NCBI GenBank assembly: GCA_964016885.1
Contig: OZ024744.1
Location: forward strand, 127,720,001-127,784,000
Source of the DNA: Eledone cirrhosa
Taxonomy: Eukaryota
Direction of reading: 5' to 3'
DNA: 64,000 bases
The notes below the pieces were generated by a model. The model did not search any database, was not told the origin of the DNA, and was given only the letters and a program-made list of their open reading frames with translations. Numbering within the stretch: the stretch's first letter is position 1; every line of letters begins with the position of its first letter. This document shows positions 33,201 to 46,900 of this stretch, piece by piece. The position numbers and the translations under genes were made by a program.

Positions 33201-36200
33201 AGTTGGAGTTGAGTTAAGTTGGGGTTGAGTTAAGTTGGGGTTAAGTTAAGTTGGGGTTAAGTTAAGTTGGGGTTAAGTTAAGTTGGGGTTAAGTTAAGTT
33301 GGGGGTAAGTTAAGTTGGGGGCAAGTTAAGTTGGGGTCAAGTTAAGTTGGGGTTAAGTTAAGTTGGGGTTAAGTTAAGTTGGGGTTAAGTTAAGTTAGGG
33401 TTAATTTCAGTTGGGGTTATGTTAAGTTGGGGTTAAGTTAAGTTGGGGTTAAGTTAAACTGGGGTTAAGTTAAGTTGGGGTAAAGTTAAGTTAGGGTTAA
33501 GTTAATTGGGATTAAGTTAAGTTGGGGTTAAATTAAGTTGGGGTTAAGTTAAGTTGGGGTTAAGTTAAGTTGGGGTTAAATTAAGTTGGGGTTCAGTTAA
33601 GTTGGGGTTAAATTAAGTTGGGGTTAAGTTAAGTTGGGGTTGAGTTAAATTGGGGTTAAGTTAAGGTGGGGGTAAGTTAAGTTGGGGTTGAGTTAATTTG
33701 GGGTTAAGTTAAGTTGGGGTTAACTTAAGTTGGGGTTAAGTTGGGGTTGAGTTAATTTGTGTTTAAGTTAAGTTGGGCTTAACTTAAGTTGGGGTTAAGT
33801 TAAGTTGGAGTTAAGGTAAGTTGGGGTTAAGTTAAGTTGGAGCTAAGTTAAGTTGGCGCTAAGTTAAGTTGGGGCTGAGTTAAGTTGGGGTTAAGTTGGG
33901 GTTGAGTTAAGTTGGGGTTAAGGTAAGTTGGGGTTAAGTTTAGTTGGAGCTAAGTTAAGTTGGGGTTAAGTTAAGTTGGGGTTGAGTTAATTTGGGGTTA
34001 AGTTAAGTTGGGGGCAAGTTGAGTTGGGGTTGAGTTAAATTGGGGTTAAGTTAAGGTGGGGGTAAGTTAAGTTGGGGGTAAGTTAAGTTGGGGTTAAGTT
34101 AAGTTGGGGGTAAATTAAGTTGGGGTTAAGTTAAGTTGGGTTTAATTTCAGTTGGGGCTAAGTTAAGTTGGGTCTAATTTAAGTTGGGGCTGAGTTAAGT
34201 TGGGGTTAAGTTAAGTTGGGGTTGAGTTAAGTTGGGGTTAACTTAAGTTGGGGTTAAGTTGGGGTTAAGTTAAGCTGGGGTTAAGTTAAGTTGGGGGTAA
34301 GTTAAGTTGGGGGTAAGTTAAGTTGGGGTTAAGTTAAGTTGGGGTTAAATTAAGTTGAGGTTAAGTTAAGTTGGGGTTAAGTTAAGTTGGGGTTAAGTTA
34401 AGTTGGGGGTAAGATAAGTTGGGGCTAAGTTAAGTTGGGGCTAAGTCAAGTTGGGGTTAAGTCAAGTTGAGGTTAACTTAAGTTGGGGTTAAGTTAAGTT
34501 GGGGTTAAGTTAAGTTGGGGTTAAGGTAAGTTGGGGTTATGTTAAGTTGGGACTAAGTTAAGTTGGGGCTAAGTTAAGTTGGGGCTGAGTTAAGTTGGGG
34601 TTAAGTTAAGTTGGGGTTGAGTTAAGTTGGGGTTAAGTTAAGTTGGGATTAAGTTAAGTTGGGGTTAAGTTAAGTTCGGCTTGAGTTAAGTTGGGGTTAA
34701 GTTAAGTTGGGGTTAATTTAAGTTGGGGTTAATTTAAGTTGGGGTTAAGATAAGTTGGGGTTAAGTTAAGTTGGGGTTAAGTTAAGTTGGGGTTGAGTTA
34801 ATTTGGGGTTAAGTTAAGTTGGGGCTAACTTAAGTTGGGGTTAAGTTGGGGTTAAGTTAAGTTGAGGTTAAGTTAAGTTGGGGGTAGGTTAAATTGGGGG
34901 CAAGTTAAGTTGGGGTTAAGTTAAGTTGGGGTTAAGTTAAGTTGGGGGTAAGTTAAGTTGGGGTTAAGTTAAGTTGGGGCTAAGTTAAGTTGGGGCTGAG
35001 TTAAGTTGGGGTTAAGTTAAGTTGGGGTTGAGTTAAGTTGGGGTTATGTTAAGTTAGGGTTGAGTTAAGTTGGGGTTGAGTTAAGTTGGGGTTGAGTTAA
35101 GTTGGGGTTAAGTTACGTTGGCGTTAAGTTAAGTTGGGGTTAAGTTAAGTTGGGGTTAAGTTAATTTGCGGTTAAGTTAGGTTGTGGGTTAAGTTAAGTT
35201 GGTTTTAAGTTAAGCTGGGGTTAAGTTGGGGTAAGTTAAGTTGGGGGTAAGTTAAGTTGGGGTTAAGTTAAGTTGGGGTTAAGTTAAGTTGGGGTTGAGT
35301 TAAGTTGGGGTTGAGTTAAGTTGGGGTTGAGTTAAGTTGGGGTTAAGTTAAGTTGGGGTTAAGTTAAGTTGGGGTTAAATTAAGTTGGGGTTAAGTTAAG
35401 TTGGGGGTAAGTTAAGTTGGGGTTAAGTTAAGTTGGGGTTAAGTTAAGTTGGGGTTAAGTTAAGTTGGGGTTAAGTTAAGTTAAGGTTAATTTCAGTTGG
35501 GGTTATGTTAAGTTGGGGTTAAGTTAAGTTGGGGTTAAGTTAAAGTTGGGGTTAAGTTAAGTTGGGGTAAAGTTAAGTTAGGGTTAAGTTAAGTTGGGGT
35601 TAAGTTAAGTTGGGGTTAAATTAAGTTGGGGTTAAGTTAAGTTGGGGTTAAGTTAAGTTGGGGTTAAATTAAGTTGGGGTTCAGTTAAGTTGGGGTGAAA
35701 TTAAGTTGGGGTTAAGTTAAGTTGGGGTTAGTTAAGTTGGGGTTAAGTTAAGTTGGGGTTAAGTTAAGTTGGGGTTAAGTTAAGTTGGAGTTAAGTTAAG
35801 TTGGGGTTAATTTAAGTTGTGCTTAAGTTAAGTTGGGGTTAAGTTAAGTTGCGTGTAAGTTAAGTTGGGGTTAAGTTAAGTTGGGGTTCAGTTCAGTTGG
35901 GGTTAAGTTAAGTTGGGGTTAAGTTAAGCTGGGGGTAAGTTAAGTTGGGTGTAAGTTAAGTTGGGGTTAAGTTAAGTTGGGGTTAATTTAAGTTGGGGTT
36001 AAATTAAGTTGGGGTTAAGTTAAGTTGGGGTTATGTTAAGTTGGGGTTAAGTTAAGTTGGGGTTAAGTTAAGTTGGAGTTAAGTTAAGTTGGGGTTAAGC
36101 TAAGTTGGGGTTCAGTTAAGTTGGGGTTAAGTTAATTTGCGGTTAAGTTAAGTTGTGGGTAAGTTAAGTTGGGGTAAGTTAAGTTGGGGGTAAGTTAAGT

Positions 36201-39200
36201 TGGGGTTAAGTTAAGTTGGGGTTAAATTAAGTTGGGGTTAAGTTAAGTTGGGGTTAAGTTAAGTTGGGGTTAAGTTAAGTTGGGGGTAAGTTAAGTTGGG
36301 GCTAAGTTAAGTTGGGGTTAAGTTAAGTTGGGGTTAACTTAAGTTGGGGTTAAGTTAAGTTGGGGCTAAGTTAAGTTGGGGCTAAGTTAAGTTGGGGCTG
36401 AGTTAAGTTGGGGTTAAGTTAAGTTCGGGTTGAGTTAAGTTGGGGGTAAGTTAAGTTGGGGCTAAGTCAAGTTGGGGTTAAGTTAAGTTGAGGTTAACTT
36501 AAGTTGGGGTTAAGTTAAGTTGGGGTTAAGTTAAGTTGGGGTTAAGGTAAGTTGGGGTTAAGTTAAGTTGGGGCTAAGTTAAGTTGGGGCTAAGTTAAGT
36601 TGGGGCTAAGTTAAGTTGGGGTTAAGTTGGGGTTGAGTTAAGTTGGGGTTAAGTTAAGTTGGGATTAAGTTAAGTTGGGGTTAAGTTAAGTTCGGGTTGA
36701 GTTAAGTTGGGGTTAAGTTAAGTTGGGGTTAATTTAAGTTGGGGTTAAGTTAAGTTGGGGTTGAGATAAGTTGGGGTTAAGTTAAGTTGGGGTTAAGTTA
36801 AGTTGGGGTTGAGTTAATTTGGGGTTAAGTTAAGTTGGGGTTAACTTAAGTTGGGGTTAAGTTAAGTTGGGGTTAAGTTAAGTTGGGGGTAAGTTAAATT
36901 GGGGGCAAGTTAAGTTGGGGTTAAGTTAAATTGGGGTTAAGTTAAGGTGGGGGTAAGTTAAGTTGGGGGTAAGTTAAGTTGGGGTTAAGTTAAGTTGGGG
37001 TTAAGTTAAGTTGGGGCTAAGTTAAGTTGGGGCTAAGTTAAGTTGGGGCTGAGTTAAGTTGGGGTTAAGTTAAGTTGGGGTTGAGTTAAGTTGGGGTTAA
37101 GTTAAGTTGTGGTTAAGTTGGGGTTAAGTTAAGTTGGGGTTAAATTAAGTTGGGGGTTAGTTAAGTTGGGGCAAGTTAAGTTGGGGTTATGTTAAGTTGG
37201 GGTTAAGTTAAGTTGGGGTTAAGTTAAGTTGGGGGTAAGTTAAGTTGGGGTTAAGTTAAGTTGGGGGTAAGTTAAGTTGAGGGTAAGTTAAGTTGGGGTT
37301 AAGTTAAGTTGAGGTTAAGTTAAGTTGGGGTTAAGTTAAGTTGGGGTTAAGTTAAGTTGGGGGTAAGATAAGTTGGGGCTAAGTTAAGTTGGGGCTAAGT
37401 CAAGTTGGGGTTAAGTCAAGTTGAGGTTAACTTAAGTTGGGGTTAAGTTAAGTTGGGGTTAAGTTAAGTTGGGGGTAAGTTAAATTGGGGGCAAGTTGAG
37501 TTGGGGTTAAGTTAAGTTGGGGTTAAGTTAAGGTGGGGGAAAGTTAAGTTGGGGGTAAGTTAAGTTGGGGTTAAGTTAAGTTGGGGTTAAGTTAAGTTGG
37601 GGCTAAGTTAAGTTGGGGCTAAGTTAAGTTGGGGCTGAGTGAAGTTGGGGTTAAGTTAAGTTGGGGTTAACTTAAGTTGGGGTTAAGTTAAGTTGGGGTT
37701 AAGTTGGGGGTAAGTTGAATTGGGGGCAAGTTGAGTTGGGGTTAAGTTAAGTTGGGGTTAAGTTAAGGTGGGGGTAAGTTAAGTTGGGGGTAAGTTAAGT
37801 TGGGGTTAAGTTAAGTTGGGGTTAAGTTAAGTTGGGGCTAAGTTAAGTTGGGGCTAAGTTAAGTTGGGGCTGAGTTAAGTTGGGGTTAAGTTAAGTTGGG
37901 GTTGAGTTAAGTTGGGGTTAAGTTAAGTTGGGGTTAAGTTGGGGTTAAGTTAAGTTGGGGTTAAATTAAGTTGGGGGTTAGTTAAGTTGGGGCAAGTTAA
38001 GTTGGGGTTATGTTAAGTTGGGGTTAAGTTAAGTTGGGGGTAAGATAAGTTGGGGCTAAGTTAAGTTGGGGTTAAGTTAAGTTGGGGTTAAGTTAAGTTG
38101 GGGTTTAGTTAAGTTGGGGTTAAGGTAAGTTGGGGTTATGTTAAGTTGGGGCTAAGTTAAGTTGGGGCTAAGTTAAGTTGGGGCTGAGTTAAGTTGGGGT
38201 TAAGTTAAGTTGGGGTTGATTTAAGTTGGGGTTAAGTTAAGTTGGGATTAAGTTAAGTTGGGGTTCAGTTAAGTTCGGCTTGAGTTAAGTTGGGGTTAAG
38301 TTAAGTTGGGGTTAATTTAAGTTGGGGTTAAGTTAAGTTGGGGTTAAGATAAGTTGGGGTTAAGTTAAGTTGGGGTTAAGTTAAGTTGGGGTTGAGTTAA
38401 TTTGGGGTTAAGTTAATTTGGGGTTAACTTAAGTTGGGGTTAAGTTGGGGTTAAGTTAAGTTGGGGGTAGGTTAAGTTGGGGGCAAGTTAAGTTGGGGTT
38501 AAGTTAAGTTGGGTTTAAGTTAAGTTGGGGCTAAGTTAAGTTGGGGCTAAGTTAAGTTGGGGCTGAGTTAAGTTGGGGGTAAGTTAAGTTGGGTGTAAGT
38601 TAAGTTGGGGTTAAGTTAAGTTGGGGTTCAGTTCAGTTGGGGTTAAGTTAAGTTGGGGTTAAGTTAAGTTGGGGTTAAGTTGGGGTTAAGTTAAGTTGGG
38701 GTTGAGTTAAGTTGGGGTTGAGTTAAGTTGGGGTTAAGTTAAGTTGGGGTTAAGTTAAGTTGGGGTTAAGTTAAGTTGGGGTTAAGTTAAGTTGGGGGTA
38801 AGTTAAGTTGGGGGCAAGTTAAGTTGGGGTCAAGTTAAGTTGGGGTTAAGTTAAGTTGGGGTTAAGTTAAGTTGGGGTTAAGTTAAGTTAGGGTTAATTT
38901 CAGTTGGGGTTATGTTAAGTTGGGGTTAAGTTAAGTTGGGGTTAAGTTAAAGTTGGGGTTAAGTTAAGTTGGGGTAAAGTTAAGTTAGGGTTAAGTTAAT
39001 TGGGATTAAGTTAAGTTGGGGTTAAATTAAGTTGGGGTTAAGTTAAGTTGGGGTTAAGTTAAGTTGGGGTTAAATTAAGTTGGGGTTCAGTTAAGTTGGG
39101 GTTAAATTAAGTTGGGGTTAAGTTAAGTTGGGGTTGAGTTAAATTGGGGTTAAGTTAAGGTGGGGGTAAGTTAAGTTGGGGTTGAGTTAATTTGGGGTTA

Positions 39201-40900
39201 AGTTAAGTTGGGGTTAACTTAAGTTGGGGTTAAGTTGGGGTTGAGTTAATTTGTGTTTAAGTTAAGTTGGGCTTAACTTAAGTTGGGGTTAAGTTAAGTT
39301 GGAGTTAAGGTAAGTTGGGGTTAAGTTAAGTTGGAGCTAAGTTAAGTTGGCGCTAAGTTAAGTTGGGGCTGAGTTAAGTTGGGGTTAAGTTGGGGTTGAG
39401 TTAAGTTGGGGTTAAGGTAAGTTGGGGTTAAGTTTAGTTGGAGCTAAGTTAAGTTGGGGTTAAGTTAAGTTGGGGTTGAGTTAATTTGGGGTTAAGTTAA
39501 GTTGGGGGCAAGTTGAGTTGGGGTTGAGTTAAATTGGGGTTAAGTTAAGGTGGTGGTAAGTTAAGTTGGGGGTAAGTTAAGTTGGGGTTAAGTTAAGTTG
39601 GGGGTAAATTAAGTTGGGGTTAAGTTAAGTTGGGTTTAATTTCAGTTGGGGCTAAGTTAAGTTGGGTCTAAGTTAAGTTGGGGCTGAGTTAAGTTGGGGT
39701 TAAGTTAAGTTGGGGTTGAGTTAAGTTGGGGTTAACTTAAGTTGGGGTTAAGTTGGGGTTAAGTTAAGCTGGGGTTAAGTTAAGTTGGGGGTAAGTTAAG
39801 TTGGGGGTAAGTTAAGTTGGGGTTAAGTTAAGTTGGGGTTAAATTAAGTTGAGGTTAAGTTAAGTTGGGGTTAAGTTAAGTTGGGGTTAAGTTAAGTTGG
39901 GGGTAAGATAAGTTGGGGCTAAGTTAAGTTGGGGCTAAGTCAAGTTGGGGTTAAGTCAAGTTGAGGTTAACTTAAGTTGGGGTTAAGTTAAGTTGGGGTT
40001 AAGTTAAGTTGGGGTTAAGGTAAGTTGGGGTTATGTTAAGTTGGGACTAAGTTAAGTTGGGGCTAAGTTAAGTTGGGGCTGAGTTAAGTTGGGGTTAAGT
40101 TAAGTTGGGGTTGAGTTAAGTTGGGGTTAAGTTAAGTTGGGATTAAGTTAAGTTGGGGTTAAGTTAAGTTCGGCTTGAGTTAAGTTGGGGTTAAGTTAAG
40201 TTGGGGTTAATTTAAGTTGGGGTTAATTTAAGTTGGGGTTAAGATAAGTTGGGGTTAAGTTAAGTTGGGGTTAAGTTAAGTTGGGGTTGAGTTAATTTGG
40301 GGTTAAGTTAAGTTGGGGCTAACTTAAGTTGGGGTTAAGTTGGGGTTAAGTTAAGTTGAGGTTAAGTTAAGTTGGGGGTAGGTTAAATTGGGGGCAAGTT
40401 AAGTTGGGGTTAAGTTAAGTTGGGGTTAAGTTAAGTTGGGGGTAAGTTAAGTTGGGGTTAAGTTAAGTTGGGGCTAAGTTAAGTTGGGGCTGAGTTAAGT
40501 TGGGGTTAAGTTAAGTTGGGGTTGAGTTAAGTTGGGGTTATGTTAAGTTAGGGTTGAGTTAAGTTGGGGTTGAGTTAAGTTGGGGTTGAGTTAAGTTGGG
40601 GTTAAGTTACGTTGGCGTTAAGTTAAGTTGGGGTTAAGTTAAGTTGGGGTTAAGTTAATTTGCGGTTAAGTTAGGTTGTGGGTTAAGTTAAGTTGGGTTT
40701 AAGTTAAGCTGGGGTTAAGTTGGGGTAAGTTAAGTTGGGGGTAAGTTAAGTTGGGGTTAAGTTAAGTTGGGGTTAAGTTAAGTTGGGGTTGAGTTAAGTT
40801 GGGGTTGAGTTAAGTTGGGGTTGAGTTAAGTTGGGGTTAAGTTAAGTTGGGGTTAAGTTAAGTTGGGGTTAAATTAAGTTGGGGTTAAGTTGGGGGTAAG
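30300..40900 (+). repeat. Two tandem copies of a ~4.75-5.5 kb higher-order repeat
   Basis: 30728 matches 35480 (offset 4752); ttgtgttt 33757/39251, gactaag 34551/40045 and ttacgttggcg 35113/40607 (all offset 5494). First copy lacks the segment present at about 37760-38610. Confidence 0.85.
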
Positions 40901-43900
40901 TTAAGTTGGGGTTAAGTTAAGTTGGGGTTATGTTAAGTTGGGGTTAAGTTAAGTTGGGGTTAAGTTAAAGTTGGGGTTAAGTTAAGTTGGGGTAAAGTTA
41001 AGTTAGGGTTAAGTTAAGTTGGGGTTAAGTTAAGTTGGGGTTAAATTAAGTTGGGGTTAAGTTAAGTTGGGGTTAAGTTAAGTTGGGGTTAAATTAAGTT
41101 GGGGTTCAGTTAAGTTGGGGTGAAATTAAGTTGGGGTTAAGTTAAGTTGGGGTTAGTTAAGTTGTGGTTAAGTTAAGTTGGGGTTAAGTTAAGTTGGGGT
41201 TAAGTTAAGTTGGAGTTAAGTTAAGTTGGGGTTAATTTAAGTTGTGGTTAAGTTAAGTTGGGGTTAAGTTAAGTTGGAGTTAAGTCAAGTTGGGGTTAAG
41301 TCAAGTTGGGGTTAAGTCAAGTTGGGGTTAAGTTAAGTTGGGGTTAAGTTAAGTTGGGGTTAAGTTAAGTTGGGGGTAAGTTAAGTTGCGTGTAAGTTAA
41401 GTTGGGGTTAAGTTAAGTTGGAGTTAAGTCAAGTTGGGGTTAAGTCAAGTTGGGGTTAAGTCAAGTTGGGGTTAAGTTAAGTTGGGGTTAAGTTAAGTTG
41501 GGTTTAAGTTAAGTTGGGGGTAAGTTAAGTTGGGGTTAAGTTAATTTGCGGTTAAGTTAGGTTGTGGGTTAAGTTAAGTTGGGGTTAAGTTAAGCTGGGG
41601 TTAAGTTGGGGTAAGTTAAGTTGGGGTTAAGTTAAGTTGGGGTTAAGTTAAGTTGGGGTTAAGTTAAGTTGGGGGTAAGTTAAGTTGGGGGCAAGTTAAG
41701 TTGGGGTTAAGTTAAGTTGGGGTTAAGTTAAGTTGGGGTTAAGTTAAGTTGGGGTTAAGTTAAGTTGGGGTTAAGTTAAGTTAGGGTTAATTTCAGTTGG
41801 GGTTATGTTAAGTTGGGGTTAAGTTAAGTTGGGGTTAAGTTAAAGTTGGGGTTAGTTAAGTTGGGGTTAAGTTAAGCTGGGGTTAAGTTGGGGTAAGTTA
41901 AGTTGGGGGTAAGTTAAGTTGGGGTTAAGTTAAGTTGGGGTTAAGTTAAGTTGGGGTTGAGTTAAGTTGGGGTTAAGTTAAGTTAGGGTTAATTTCAGTT
42001 GGGGTTATGTTAAGTTGGGGTTAAGTTAAGTTGGGGTTAAGTTAAAGTTGGGGTTAAGTTCAGTTGGGGTTAATTTCAGTTGGGGTTATGTTAAGTTGGG
42101 GTTAAGTTAAGTTGGGGTTAAGTTAAAGTTGGGGTTAAGTTAAGTTGGGGTAAAGTTAAGTTAGGGTTAAGTTAAGTTGGGGTTAAGTTAAGTTGGGGTT
42201 AAATTAAGTTGGGGTTAAGTTAAGTTGGGGTTAAGTTAAGTTGGGGTTAAATTAAGTTGGGGTTCAGTTAAGTTGGGGTTAAATTAAGTTGGGGTTAAGT
42301 TAAGTTGGGGTTAGTTAAGTTGGGGTTAAGTTAAGTTGGGGTTAAGTTAAGTTGGGGTTAAGTTAAGCTGGGGGTAAGTTAAGTTGGGTGTAAGTTAAGT
42401 TGGGGTTAAGTTAAGTTGGGGTTAAGTTAAGTTGGGGTTAAATTAAGTTGGGGTTAAGTTAAGTTGGGGTTATGTTAAGTTGGGGTTAAGTTAAGTTGCG
42501 GTTAAGTTAAGTTGGGGTTAAGTTAAGTTGGGGTTAAGTTAAGTTGGGGTTAAGTTAAGTTGGAGTTAAGTTAAGTTGGGGTTAACTTAAGTTGGGGTTA
42601 AGTTGGGGTTAAGTTAAGTTGGGGTTAAGTTAAGTTGGGGGTTAGTTAAGTTGGGGGCAAGTTAAGTTGGGGTTAATTTAAGTTGGGGTTAAGTTAAGTT
42701 GGGGTTATGTTAAGTGGGGGTTAAGTTAAGTTGGGGTTAAGTTAAGTTGGGGGTAAGTTAAGTTGGGGTTAAGTTAAGTTGGGGGTAAGTTAAGTTGGGG
42801 GTAAGTTAAGTTGAGGCTAAGTTAAAGTGGGGTTAAGTTAAGTTGGGGTTAAGTTAAGCTGGGGGTAAGTTAAGTTGGGTGTAAGTTAAGTTGGGGTTAA
42901 GTTAAGTTGGGGTTAATTTAAGTTGGGGTTAAATTAAGTTGGGGTTAAGTTAAGTTGGGGTTATGTTAAGTTGGGGTTAAGTTAAGTTGGGGTTAAGTTA
43001 AGTTGGAGTTAAGTTAAGTTGGGGTTAAGCTAAGTTGGGGTTCAGTTAAGTTGGGGTTAAGTTAATTTGCGGTTAAGTTAAGTTGTGGGTAAGTTAAGTT
43101 GGGGTAAGTTAAGTTGGGGGTAAGTTAAGTTGGGGTTAAGTTAAGTTGGGGTTAAATTAAGTTGGGGTTAAGTTAAGTTGGGGTTAAGTTAAGTTGGGGT
43201 TAAGTTAAGTTGGGGGTAAGTTAAGTTGGGGCTAAGTTAAGTTGGGGTTAAGTTAAGTTGGGGTTAACTTAAGTTGGGGTTAAGTTAAGTTGGGGCTAAG
43301 TTAAGTTGGGGCTAAGTTAAGTTGGGGCTGAGTTAAGTTGGGGTTAAGTTAAGTTCGGGTTGAGTTAAGTTGGGGGTAAGTTAAGTTGGGGCTAAGTTAA
43401 GTTGGGGCTAAGTCAAGTTGGGGTTAAGTTAAGTTGAGGTTAACTTAAGTTGGGGTTAAGTTAAGTTGGGGTTAAGTTAAGTTGGGGTTAAGGTAAGTTG
43501 GGGTTAAGTTAAGTTGGGGCTAAGTTAAGTTGGGGCTAAGTTAAGTTGGGGCTGAGTTAAGTTGGGGTTAAGTTGGGGTTGAGTTAAGTTGGGGTTAAGT
43601 TAAGTTGGGATTAAGTTAAGTTGGGGTTAAGTTAAGTTCGGGTTGAGTTAAGTTGGGGTTAAGTTAAGTTGGGGTTAAGTTAAGTTGGGGTTGAGTTAAT
43701 TTGGGGTTAAGTTAAGTTGGGGTTAACTTAAGTTGGGGTTAAGTTAAGTTGGGGTTAAGTTAAGTTGGGGGTAAGTTAAATTGGGGGCAAGTTGAGTTGG
43801 GGTTAAGTTAAGTTGGGGTTAAGTTAAGGTGGGGGTAAGTTAAGTTGGGGGTAAGTTAAGTTGGGGTTAAGTTAAGTTGGGGTTAAGTTAAGTTGGGGCT

Positions 43901-46900
43901 AAGTTAAGTTGGGGCTAAGTTAAGTTGGGGCTGAGTTAAGTTGGGGTTAAGTTAAGTTGGGGTTGAGTTAAGTTGGGGTTAAGTTAAGTTGGGGTTAAGT
44001 TGGGGTTAAGTTAAGTTGGGGTTAAATTAAGTTGGGGGTTAGTTAAATTGGGGCAAGTTAAGTTGGGGTTATGTTAAGTTGGGGTTAAGTTAAGTTGGGG
44101 TTAAGTTAAGTTGGGGGTAAGTTAAGTTGGGGTTAAGTTAAGTTGGGGGTAAGTTAAGTTGAGGGTAAGTTAAGTTGGGGTTAAGTTAAGTTGGGGTTAA
44201 ATTAAGTTGGGGGTAAGTTAAGTTGGGGGTAAGTTAAGTTGGGGTTAAGTTAAGTTGGGGTTAAATTAAGTTGAGGTTAAGTTAAGTTGGGGTTAAGTTA
44301 AGTTGGGGTTAAGTTAAGTTGGGGGTAAGATAAGTTGGGGCTAAGTTAAGTTGGGGCTAAGTCAAGTTGGGGTTAAGTCAAGTTGAGGTTAACTTAAGTT
44401 GGGGTTAAATTAAGTTGGGGGTAAGTTAAGTTGGGGGTAAGTTAAGTTGGGGTTAAGTTAAGTTGGGGTTAAATTAAGTTGAGGTTAAGTTAAGTTGGGG
44501 TTAAGTTAAATTGGGGTTAATTTAAGTTGGGGGTAAGATAAGTTGGGGCTAAGTTAAGTTGGGGCTAAGTCAAGTTGGGGTTAAGTCAAGTTGAGGTTAA
44601 CTTAAGTTGGGGTTATGTTAAGTTGGGGTTAAGTTGGGGCTAAGTTAAGTTGGGGCTGAGTTAAGTTGGGGTTAAGTTAAGTTGGGGTTGAGTTAAGTTG
44701 GGGTTAAGTTAAGTTGGGATTAAGTTAAGTTGGGGTTAAGTTAAGTTCGGCTTGAGTTAAGTTGGGGTTAAGTTAAGTTGGGGTTGAGTTAATTTGGGGT
44801 TAAGTTAAGTTGGGGTTAACTTAAGTTGGGGTTAAGTTGGGGTTAAGTTAAGTTGGGGTTAAGTTAAGTTGGGGGTAGGTTGAGTTGGGGGCAAGTTAAG
44901 TTGGGGTTAAGTTAAGTTGGGGTTAAGTTAAGTTGGGTTTAAGTTAAGTTGGGGCTAAGTTAAGTTGGGGCTAAGTTAAGTTGGGGCTGAGTTAAGTTGG
45001 GGTTAAGTTAAGTTGGGGTTGAGTTAAGTTGGGGTTATGTTAAGTTAGGGTTGAGTTAAGTTGGGGTTGAGTTAAGTTGGGGTTGAGTTAAGTTGGGGTT
45101 AAGTTAAGTTGGCGTTAAGTTAAGTTGGGGTTAATTTAAGTTGGGGTTAAGTTAATTTGCGGTTAAGTTAGGTTGTGGGTTAAGTTAAGTTGGGTTTAAG
45201 TTAAGTTGGGGGTAAGTTAAGTTGGGGTTAAGTTAATTTGCGGTTAAGTTAGGTTGTGGGTTAAGTTAAGTTGGGGTTAAGTTAAGCTGGGGTCAAGTTG
45301 GGGTAAGTTAAGTTGGGGGTAAGTTAAGTTGGGGTTAAGTTAAGTTGGGGTTAAGTTAAGTTGGGGTTAAGTTAAGTTGGGGTTAAGTTAAGTTGGGTTT
45401 AAGTTAAGTTGGGGGTAAGTTAAGTTGGGGTTAAGTTAATTTGCGGTTAAGTTAGGTTGTGCGTTAAGTTAAGTTGGGGTTAAGTTAAGCTGGGGTTAAG
45501 TTGGGGTAAGTTAAGTTGGGGTTAAGTTAAGTTGGGGTTAAGTTAAGTTCGGGTTAAGTTAAGTTGGGGGTAAGTTAAGTTGGGGGCAAGTTAAGTTGGG
45601 GTTAAGTTAAGTTGGGGTTAAGTTAAGTTGGGGTTAAGTTAAGTTGGGGTTAAGTTAAGTTGGGGTTAAGTTAAGTTAGGGTTAATTTCAGTTGGGGTTA
45701 TGTTAAGTTGGGGTTAAGTTAAGTTGGGGTTAAGTTAAAGTTGGGGTTAGTTAAGTTGGGGTTAAGTTAAGCTGGGGTTAAGTTGGGGTAAGTTAAGTTG
45801 GGGGTAAGTTAATTGGGGTTAAGTTAAGTTGGGGTTAAGTTAAGTTGGGGTTGAGTTAAGTTGGGGTTAAGTTAAGTTAGGGTTAATTTCAGTTGGGGTT
45901 ATGTTAAGTTGGGGTTAAGTTAAGTTGGGGTTAAGTTAAAGTTGGGGTTAAGTTCAGTTGGGGTTAATTTCAGTTGGGGTTATGTTAAGTTGGGGTTAAG
46001 TTAAGTTGGGGTTAAGTTAAAGTTGGGGTTAAGTTAAGTTGGGGTAAAGTTAAGTTAGGGTTAAGTTAAGTTGGGGTTAAGTTAAGTTGGGGTTAAATTA
46101 AGTTGGGGTTCAGTTAAGTTGGGGTTAAATTAAGTTGGGGTTAAGTTAAGTTGGGGTTAGTTAAGTTGGGGTTAAGTTAAGTTGGGGTTAAGTTAAGTTG
46201 GGGTTAAGTTAAGCTGGGGGTAAGTTAAGTTGGGTGTAAGTTAAGTTGGGGTTAAGTTAAGTTGGGGTTAAGTTAAGTTGGGGTTAAATTAAGTTGGGGT
46301 TAAGTTAAGTTGGGGTTATGTTAAGTTGGGGTTAAGTTAAGTTGCGGTTAAGTTAAGTTGGGGTTAAGTTAAGTTGGGGTTAAGTTAAGTTGGGGTTAAG
46401 TTAAGTTGGAGTTAAGTTAAGTTGGGGTTAACTTAAGTTGGGGTTAAGTTGGGGTTAAGTTAAGTTGGGGTTAAGTTAAGTTGGGGGTTAGTTAAGTTGG
46501 GGGCAAGTTAAGTTGGGGTTAATTTAAGTTGGGGTTAAGTTAAGTTGGGGTTATGTTAAGTTGGGGTTAAGTTAAGTTGGGGTTAAGTTAAGTTGGGGGT
46601 AAGTTAAGTTGGGGTTAAGTTAAGTTGGGGGTAAGTTAAGTTGGGGGTAAGTTAAGTTGAGGCTAAGTTAAAGTGGGGTTAAGTTAAGTTGGGGTTAAAT
46701 TGAGTTGGGGGTAAGTTAAGTTGGGGGTAAGTTAAGTTGGGGTTAAGTTAAGTTGGGGTTAAATTAAGTTGAGGTTAAGTTAAGTTGGGGTTAAGTTAAG
46801 TTGGGGTTAAGTTAAGTTGGGGGTAAGATAAGTTGGGGCTAAGTTAAGTTGGGGCTAAGTCAAGTTGGGGTTAAGTCAAGTTGAGGTTAACTTAAGTTGG

